From Schizochytrium sp. TIO01 (lineage: Eukaryota; Protista; Bigyra: Labyrinthulomycetes): a stretch of DNA of 64,000 nt. Position numbers and translations under genes: made by a program. This document shows positions 56,801-64,000 of the stretch, piece after piece. The stretch covers positions 8,092,483 through 8,156,482 of the forward strand of contig SMSO01000032.1 of assembly GCA_004764695.1 (NCBI GenBank). The letters run 5' to 3'. The notes below the pieces were generated by a model. That model made no database searches and was not told where the DNA came from. It worked only from the letters and a program-made list of their open reading frames with translations. The first letter of the stretch is position 1, and each line of letters opens with the position of its first letter.

Positions 56801-58330
56801 ATGTCAGCGCTCCTTACAGGACGAACTAAAACTTGGAATCGTTCGGCTTTCAAGTTAATTTCTCGGCGCAAGTCAAGTGCTACTACTGCTGCTGCAGATT
56901 TGGGCGGGGATCAAGAAGTTGAGCTTCGAGAACCGCATGAAGTGCCTGGCCCTGGGTGGTGGTGGCTTCTAAAGCTATCGAAACCTATGGACGAGACCTA
57001 TCAGGAACTCTACGATACCGTTGGACGCAAAGAGGGTAGTGCGCAGATCCGAGATGCCAAGGGAAATCTAAATCTTGTTGTGTTCAATCAAGATGACGTC
57101 CGTCATGTATATCAGAATGAAGGAAAGGACGTTCGAGGTACGTCATCGATTTGGCCCTCGATAAAGTACTGGAAGGAAAGGTCGGGTGATACCGATGAAA
57201 ACCATTCGCTCAACCTTTTGCTGCAAGGGCCACGTTGGAGGAATTCGCGTGATCTTCTCGGAAAAGGCATTTACACCGATGCTGTCGCAACCTACGAGCC
57301 TGCAGTCCAGGTCGCTGCACGAGAGGCTGTCGACTATGTAACAGACTACGAACATTCGCTTGATGTTTGGGCAGAACTTGCGGCTTTTGATCTATTTACA
57401 TCGCTCGCTCTTGGATCAAATCCGCGAACGACAGATCCGAACTGCAAAAACCCATTGAAGGAGGTTGTCGAGCTTGATTCGACAAGTCTTGGTATTGCTG
57501 TGCTGCTCGAATTCTTGCCATGGTTCGCTCGCCCTCGCAATGGGTATGAGAAAATGAAAGCCAGCTTCGATCGCATCGCCGACCTCACTCGACCTGAAGT
57601 TGAGCGTCTTTTTAATCAAAAAGATGTTCCAGTCTGCTGGTTTCGTGATCTTAGAGATGAACAAGGACTCTCTACTGATCGTTTGACGGATGTTATGGCT
57701 TTCATGCTCACTGCATCCATTGGCACAACTAAGGGTGTTCTTGAATGGATGCTTACATCACTTGCATATTATCCAGAATCTCAACAGAGACTTCGAGATG
57801 AAATTAGCAAGAATTTGAAGAATGGCCCTTACACTAAATCCGTGAAAATGCCCTATCTCGAAGCACTTTTCCGTGAGCAGCATCGTCGCTATCCCATGGC
57901 CCACATTTCCGGCCTTCGTACATTGAACCATGACATTGTCCTCCCCAATTCTAGGGTCCATGTCCCAGCTGGAACCACTATGCAACTTGCACCTCTATTT
58001 GAGGCACAAGATACTAACATCATCTCAGATGCGGATCAATTCATCCCTGAACGATACCTGCGCGAGAATAAAATTAAACGTAAGGGATGCCCGTTTTCTT
58101 CTAAGCTCGATGCTGCCGTCATTCGTGATCCGTTCAGCAACGGTGCTCGTGTCTGCCTAGGAAAACGTGCTGCTGAGCTTGAGGTTCGTACTCTTATTTG
58201 CGAGCTTGTGCGGCGCTATGAAATCGTGCTTGATCCTGCGACTCAACCTTTCCCAGGCTATCAGCACAAATCTGTCATGGTCCCAAACCCCATGCCAAAG
58301 GTCAAGCTTGTGCCTGTACAACATGCCTGA
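56801..58330 (+). CDS. cytochrome P450, array copy 6 (inverted; mitochondrial-type presequence)
   Basis: WRNSR, LTASIGTT, EQHR, FIPERY, PFSNGARVCLG. Confidence 0.96.
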   Translation: MSALLTGRTKTWNRSAFKLISRRKSSATTAAADLGGDQEVELREPHEVPGPGWWWLLKLSKPMDETYQELYDTVGRKEGSAQIRDAKGNLNLVVFNQDDVRHVYQNEGKDVRGTSSIWPSIKYWKERSGDTDENHSLNLLLQGPRWRNSRDLLGKGIYTDAVATYEPAVQVAAREAVDYVTDYEHSLDVWAELAAFDLFTSLALGSNPRTTDPNCKNPLKEVVELDSTSLGIAVLLEFLPWFARPRNGYEKMKASFDRIADLTRPEVERLFNQKDVPVCWFRDLRDEQGLSTDRLTDVMAFMLTASIGTTKGVLEWMLTSLAYYPESQQRLRDEISKNLKNGPYTKSVKMPYLEALFREQHRRYPMAHISGLRTLNHDIVLPNSRVHVPAGTTMQLAPLFEAQDTNIISDADQFIPERYLRENKIKRKGCPFSSKLDAAVIRDPFSNGARVCLGKRAAELEVRTLICELVRRYEIVLDPATQPFPGYQHKSVMVPNPMPKVKLVPVQHA

Positions 58331-60076
58331 GAGGATCAGATCAGTAAAATTAAACGTCATAAGTCCATGTATTTCCTTTCATTGTTGCCATGGTACTCAC
58401 CCATTGCTGGTTAGATGTGAAGCAAAATTAACACCATTGCCTGTAACTTAATTTGCCCAGGTCCTCGATGACCCTGGCAACCAAGCTGGGCCAGATGAAC
58501 ATCTAACCTAGTACTTGTCTTATATTCTGATTTTAATCGCAATCACTCAAACATAATTTATATAGTGATAGAGTTGACCACAGCCTGCTCAGCTAATACG
58601 CACAATGTTGCTACATATGCAGACGCTCGCAACATTCTTCCAGGTATCTTGAAATCAAAAGAAGATGATGTATACGGTTTTGCTTTCTTCACTTTCTCAA
58701 CTAGTAATTCTAGTAGATACTACCTCGAAAGTCTAACAGTCCCCTTTAGTCTCACTTAGACTTGTGTCGCACTTGGTCAAAGAACCAACCAATCCATGCG
58801 TGTCAAATCCAAGGCAGCCAGTCTATAACGAATTGAACTCTCCATATCTAAACTTATAGAACCCAGCTATGAACGAGCAAACACCACCACCCTTATCAGC
58901 AACGCGGAGTTGCGAATGCCACAACGCAGTTTTGATTCATGAACCGTGTTTTTCATCCTTCGGAGCCCCACTCTCTGGCTCTAGTAGTAGCACCCACTAG
59001 CACCCCATATAGCCAAAAGGATAGGACACCCTACAGCTTAAATTGCGCAGGTAGTACCTATAAAATAATTAAAAAACAATTGTAACATAGAATCGCAGTT
59101 GTTCTTGAATCCAGGGCTCCTGAAGACACCTAAAGTCTGGCTTGGTTTGCACTGTTTTGGTTTGAGTAGGACTGCTTTTCAATGAGCTGGGTGGCCTGCT
59201 GGCTTCAGAACAAGATGGTTCTGGCTTTGAGCCCTTCAGCGCTTGCTCAGATGATTCCATCATCTTCTGCCGAAATTCTATAGGCAGGAAACCCATAAAC
59301 ATCTGAATTCTTCCTGCTCCAACGCAATGCAATGCCATTCTCGCCAGAGACTAAAGTCAGCTGCCAAGCTCGCAGCCGCCTGCGTCGACGCCCGAGAGGG
59401 TGACCAGCCCTGGCTTCATGACGCTCGAAACTCCTTCTCTGGGCCGAATGACATGCATAACTCGAAGACCTTTCAGCTTTGATTGCAAAATGTAGTACCT
59501 ACTTCCGAGAGCAAAAATCCAGTTCGCCACAACGAAGACTCAAACTTCTCAATCAACTAAAAAGAATCGGTTCCCTACAGTATAGGTTATAAGGTACATA
59601 AGACTGGGTTTCTCCGGCACACACGGAGAACAACGGGAAAGAATGAGGATATCGGGGAAATGTGGTGCCGGAAGAACGACGCTTTAGAGAAGGATTTCCC
59701 GGCAAGCCAGCATCCGCTTCGCGCGGAGGATCATCATTGCCTCAACTCAAAGCAACCCACTCCACTTTGGACGGTGTAGTGTTTAGTTTGCGCAGGTCGC
59801 GAAGGGCGGCTGAGAGCAAAGCAGAAGACCAGAGCAAGGTCCAGGGAAGCTACGTTGTTGGTGTGAAGCTCGGGATTGACTTGAGCAGACGCGGACTCTG
59901 GTTTGTACGCCTGGTAGCTCGAAAACCAGTTCCCCAGGCAGGCAAAGTACGAGAGAGAAGCCTAAAGCTACTCGCGGTGACAAGCTTGAGGGTGAAACTC
60001 AGTCTATTCTGGAGGCTTTGTAAAGCTCAGGGAAAGTAGAAGGCGAATCGCAAAAGATCAGAAACTTGCTACAAAA

Positions 60077-60709
60077 ATGTCAAGCTTCTTCAAGCGTACC
60101 ACGGTCAAGGAGGAGGCCCGGAATACGAAACGCGAGGTGGGCAGAGGCCAGCGAGAGCTTAATCGCGAAAAGGCGCGCCTTGAGAATGAAGAGAAACGTG
60201 TCGTGGCAGATATTAAACGCACAGCTGCCAAGGGTGGAAACCACGAGGCCGAAATCCGAGCCATGACTAAACAGCTGATCCAGATTCGCAATGCCCGTAC
60301 GCGATTGATCACAATGCACTCACAGCTCGGAACCGTCAAGACCAAGGCAACAATGATGGCTGCAAATGAATCGATGGGTGCCGCTATGAAGTCCACTACA
60401 AAGGCTATGAAAGCTGCTAACAAGGCTGCTGACGTATCTAAGTTGCAGAAGAACATGCTTGAATTCCAACGCGGAATGGAACAAATGAGCGTTAACGAAG
60501 AAATGATGGATGATACTCTAGCCGCTCTTGATGATGACGATGTGGAGGAGCAGGCTGATGAGATGACCCAGCAGGTTCTTGATGAAATTGGTGTCTCCCT
60601 CAATGGCCAGCTTGAATCAGCGCCATCGGGCCGTGTCGCCGCAAAACAGGCAGAGACTGAACAGCAGTCAGCACATCTTACCGCAGAAGAACGCGCTCTT
60701 TTTGACTAA
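60077..60709 (+). CDS. VPS2: ESCRT-III subunit CHMP2/VPS2 (Snf7 family)
   Basis: RELNREKARLENEEKRVVADIK, KQLIQIR, AMKSTTKAM..AN, EEMMDDTL, QVLDEIGV. The N-half is basic and the C-half acidic. Confidence 0.9.
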   Translation: MSSFFKRTTVKEEARNTKREVGRGQRELNREKARLENEEKRVVADIKRTAAKGGNHEAEIRAMTKQLIQIRNARTRLITMHSQLGTVKTKATMMAANESMGAAMKSTTKAMKAANKAADVSKLQKNMLEFQRGMEQMSVNEEMMDDTLAALDDDDVEEQADEMTQQVLDEIGVSLNGQLESAPSGRVAAKQAETEQQSAHLTAEERALFD

Positions 60710-61328
60710 TTAACTTCTCTATACATTGTTCCATTCTTTGTTACAACAAAGCGGTGCCATCCCGCCTTGTATCTCAACCTTATTATAAATAGTATCTAAA
60801 ATCTTTTCAGATTGCTTCAAAATGATTTAGTATGGCGATGAACAGCGGCTAGCCCGTTTTCTTCTGCTCCTAAGTTCTGTTTTTGATCTCTTCTCCTTTT
60901 TATATAAATTATCTCCGTACTTTTTAAAGTGAGGAAGACGATTAGCATTTTGATGAAGGCACATCAGTATTTCTCTACCTTTGACTTATAACACATTTTC
61001 TTCGTGGAGAGTGGGTACAGTGAGACTATTTTTGGAAGTTCCTTATAAAAGTATGCCCTTCGGCCTAGAATTTGACATTCAAGACTTATCCCTTAAATAT
61101 TGGGTAACGTAGTAGAATTTTACAATAGTTAATATGCCTGATTCTAACAGTTTTGGGGAGCTATCATCTGTTTTGCAAATAGTTTGCAGAGAATGCAGGT
61201 TTTGCATGTGAGCTCAATTCAGCACATGCACTTTAAAGAGCTTATGTCGAAGCCAAGCCGTTGAATCAAGGTTTGAAGATGTTCATAGTGCATCAATAAA
61301 AATTATTCTGGAATTCTTTATGACCTAG

Positions 61329-64000
61329 TTACAGCTCAATTGTAACAGTAGCAGTAGCGTCCTCACTCAACATAGAAGCTAAGCTTGGAGAGATTCTAAT
61401 AGGGGAGCTACTATTACGTTCTGCATTACTTGCGCTAGTAATGCGAGTAGCAGAATGTTGTACGACAGGTTGTTCGATTGGAGCATGTGATTGTGCATGG
61501 ACCGTGTGAACTTTTCGATTGGAGATAGGCGCAGCGACTTCAGCAGCCCAGCACAAAGTTGCTCCTGGGACTCGCCGAATCGTTTCTTGCATTGATGCGC
61601 ATTGTAAAAGTGCCCAGGAGTCATGTGGAAAGCATTGATTGTACTCATCAAGTTGAATTTCAAGGCGTTTATTTAAGCTGCCAAAGCGAGCTAATAACCG
61701 TTCCTGCTCAACGTGCTCATCCGTCTCGCCACGGCTTGTCCAACTACGCACCTGAAGTTGAGTCAGAACATCGTCTCGCTCAGCGATTGTTTTTGTTATA
61801 GGAATCCGAGCTGCAAGTGTATGTACGTGTTGCTCAAGGAGTTTTTCGAGATCTGCGGAATATGGTGCAGTCTGAAATACCTCCAATAAGAAGTCTTCAT
61901 AGCACGAGGCGTCCAATTTTAGAATGCTCCAAAGTGATAAAATCTTATCTCGATGTTGCTCTAGTACGCGCTCACCTGCGCGCAGCTTTACAGCTTCGCT
62001 CTCCATAATATCACGAAGTTTCTGTAGTTCGACAGAGTCAGTAATACGCTCACATGTTGTTTGTTGCAAAGCTCTAACATGCAAACTCTTCAACGTTAAG
62101 ATTTCCTCACGTGCCCGCTTCAGTTCTTCAGCAAGTTTCGTCATCTCGCGAGAATGATCAGATTGAAGATTCACAAGGTCTTGCTGGTGCTTTTCTTGTA
62201 CCTGAAGAGCATATGCCGCTTTGCTGAGCTCTGCTTCTGCGCGTATTTTATCAACACGTGTCTCTAATTGAGCTCTGACTTCGGCAGCACTTGCAGCTTC
62301 CTGCAAAATCCCTTCCTGAATTTCTTGCATTTTTACTTCGCTAGCCTCGATGTACCGATCCATGCGTTCGTGGAAAAGACGCTCACAAGTGTCTTTGAAC
62401 TGCTCCTCTTGCTTTGCAAAACTCTGTGCAACTTTAGTTTGCTCATGAGCCCATGCTGCCTCTGCAGAGGCGCGAAGTTCCTGTGCGGCTTGTAAACGGT
62501 CCTCCATCGCACGAAGTTGCAGGTCGAACCTATGTGAAAGGTCACTTTCAAGGGAAATCCTGCGCGACTCCTCCTCACGTTTCCAAGCTGCGCGCTTCTC
62601 GCGGAGAACCTCTTCCCAGCGTGTGTTCACTTCGATCTCAGCCTGGGTTGTTGCATCTCGAGCAATCTGAAGCTCTTTTTGCTCCATAAGTGCTTCTTTG
62701 GCCGTAAGGTCTACTTGTCGTCGCATAGTTTGCGCGAGAGCTTCTGCTTGTTGCTCTTTAAGGGAAGCTGTAAGCATCTCAAACTGTGCTTTGAGATTTT
62801 CCTCAAAAGTTTTCTTCTCTGTTTCCATACGTTCTCGTTCAAGCTTTAGCAGGCTTGCAATATCTTCACGACTCTGCTGATGCTGAGCGCGAATCGTCTC
62901 TAGTGAAGTACGAAAGGAGTTGCGTTCATGCTCCAGTACATTTGATATAGATTCTAACTGTGTGCCCAGGGCCTTCTTTTCGCTAGAAGTACGAAGCTCA
63001 AGATCCTTTTCTTGTTGCTGTAAGGCTTCCTCCAGCTTCTTGGTGCCAGCTTCAACCATCTCACGCATGTGGTTAAGGTGAGCCTCCTCAGAAGTCATGA
63101 GATTCTTTAAATGTTGCTCTAAACGATCTTGAATTGCGGTTTGTGTGTTTTTAGTCTGGGCCAATACAGCTTCTGTGGTCTCTTCTGCTTTTTGATGTGA
63201 AAATTGCACGAACGCTTCAAGTGACGCTTCACTTGTGCTATCCATTGTAGCACAAAGCTCTTCACGTAGACGATCATGCTCAGCTTGCAGCTTTTCTCGT
63301 ATTTCCTTCACTGCATTAATAAGTTTAAAATGATATTCTCTCTCTAAAGTCTCAAAGCGAGCGGCTTCCTTAGCGTTGTCTTCTGACATTTCCTTGGCAA
63401 TCTTACCTCGGATATCACGCTCAAGGCCTTCATAGAAGCTTCCTTTTCTTATCTCGCATTCAGACAAAAGATCTTTTTCTACTCCTTCTTGAATCATGCG
63501 GTATACTGATCCTGCTCCTGTTGAGCATTGTCTCTCAACAAAGCCCTTGGTTGCCATAATGACACGCTCTAAGAGTTCACCTTGACCACTATTGATTTGC
63601 GATTGCAAAAGAGCCATCATGTTCTCCTCAAGTTTTTTGTAGATTGGCCCCCGTTGGCGCTGCAGTTGCTCTTCCACATCTGCAACGGCAGAATCCTGCA
63701 CACGCCGCAGCTCTTGTTGATGATTTGCACGAGTCTCGTGAAGCTTGCGTGAAAGCGAAGCGAGCTCTTCGCTTAGAGACTCTTCCTCTTTTCGTTGTAG
63801 GGACTTAGTTTTCTGCTCTTCTCGAAATCGCAATGCACGCTCTCTCTCCAGAGTATCCCGAAGCTCCTTAACCTCGGCCTGTAGACTGGTCACCTGACTT
63901 TCTTCTTTGCTCTTGGGGTGATAGACGCCCAGACGCTCCAGAGCATTTCTCCGCAAATGTTCACTTCCATAGGCTACGAGCTTGGCTTCTTCTTCGCTGC
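61329..64000 (-). CDS. large coiled-coil protein, 5'-truncated by the window edge
   Basis: The frame stays open to position 64000. It has an E/Q/R/K-rich heptad pattern and a C-terminal ILSLWSILKL..CYEDFL segment reminiscent of MAP65/CCDC87. Confidence 0.75.
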   Translation of the reverse strand, partial: SEEEAKLVAYGSEHLRRNALERLGVYHPKSKEESQVTSLQAEVKELRDTLERERALRFREEQKTKSLQRKEEESLSEELASLSRKLHETRANHQQELRRVQDSAVADVEEQLQRQRGPIYKKLEENMMALLQSQINSGQGELLERVIMATKGFVERQCSTGAGSVYRMIQEGVEKDLLSECEIRKGSFYEGLERDIRGKIAKEMSEDNAKEAARFETLEREYHFKLINAVKEIREKLQAEHDRLREELCATMDSTSEASLEAFVQFSHQKAEETTEAVLAQTKNTQTAIQDRLEQHLKNLMTSEEAHLNHMREMVEAGTKKLEEALQQQEKDLELRTSSEKKALGTQLESISNVLEHERNSFRTSLETIRAQHQQSREDIASLLKLERERMETEKKTFEENLKAQFEMLTASLKEQQAEALAQTMRRQVDLTAKEALMEQKELQIARDATTQAEIEVNTRWEEVLREKRAAWKREEESRRISLESDLSHRFDLQLRAMEDRLQAAQELRASAEAAWAHEQTKVAQSFAKQEEQFKDTCERLFHERMDRYIEASEVKMQEIQEGILQEAASAAEVRAQLETRVDKIRAEAELSKAAYALQVQEKHQQDLVNLQSDHSREMTKLAEELKRAREEILTLKSLHVRALQQTTCERITDSVELQKLRDIMESEAVKLRAGERVLEQHRDKILSLWSILKLDASCYEDFLLEVFQTAPYSADLEKLLEQHVHTLAARIPITKTIAERDDVLTQLQVRSWTSRGETDEHVEQERLLARFGSLNKRLEIQLDEYNQCFPHDSWALLQCASMQETIRRVPGATLCWAAEVAAPISNRKVHTVHAQSHAPIEQPVVQHSATRITSASNAERNSSSPIRISPSLASMLSEDATATVTIEL

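Overview
This is a eukaryotic, intron-poor, gene-dense window with AT-rich spacers and (GAAA)n microsatellites. The style and gene content suggest a thraustochytrid/labyrinthulomycete-type stramenopile, which is an inference and not proven. The left half holds mostly housekeeping and signalling genes: ALKBH8-like, ATG18/WIPI, a REX1-type exonuclease, two 7TM receptors, a DedA/TMEM64 protein with one intron, a formin, a CFAP97-domain IQ protein, a TOG/CLASP protein, a bacterial-type GlpA-like flavoprotein, an orphan membrane protein and a third 7TM protein. The standout is a ~21 kb array (37.3-58.3 kb) of six paralogous cytochrome P450 genes. All six have Arg-rich, mitochondrial-type presequences instead of an ER anchor, all lack the catalytic I-helix acid, and all share an RK(G/A)CP meander insert. 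One copy is frameshifted. Other notable items are a PTS1 (AKL) on the [2Fe-2S]-bearing GlpA-like enzyme and a formin whose poly-Pro FH1 is replaced by four CCDC53-like repeats. The window ends with CHMP2/VPS2 and a 5'-truncated coiled-coil gene. No rRNA, tRNA, CRISPR array or intact mobile element was recognised.
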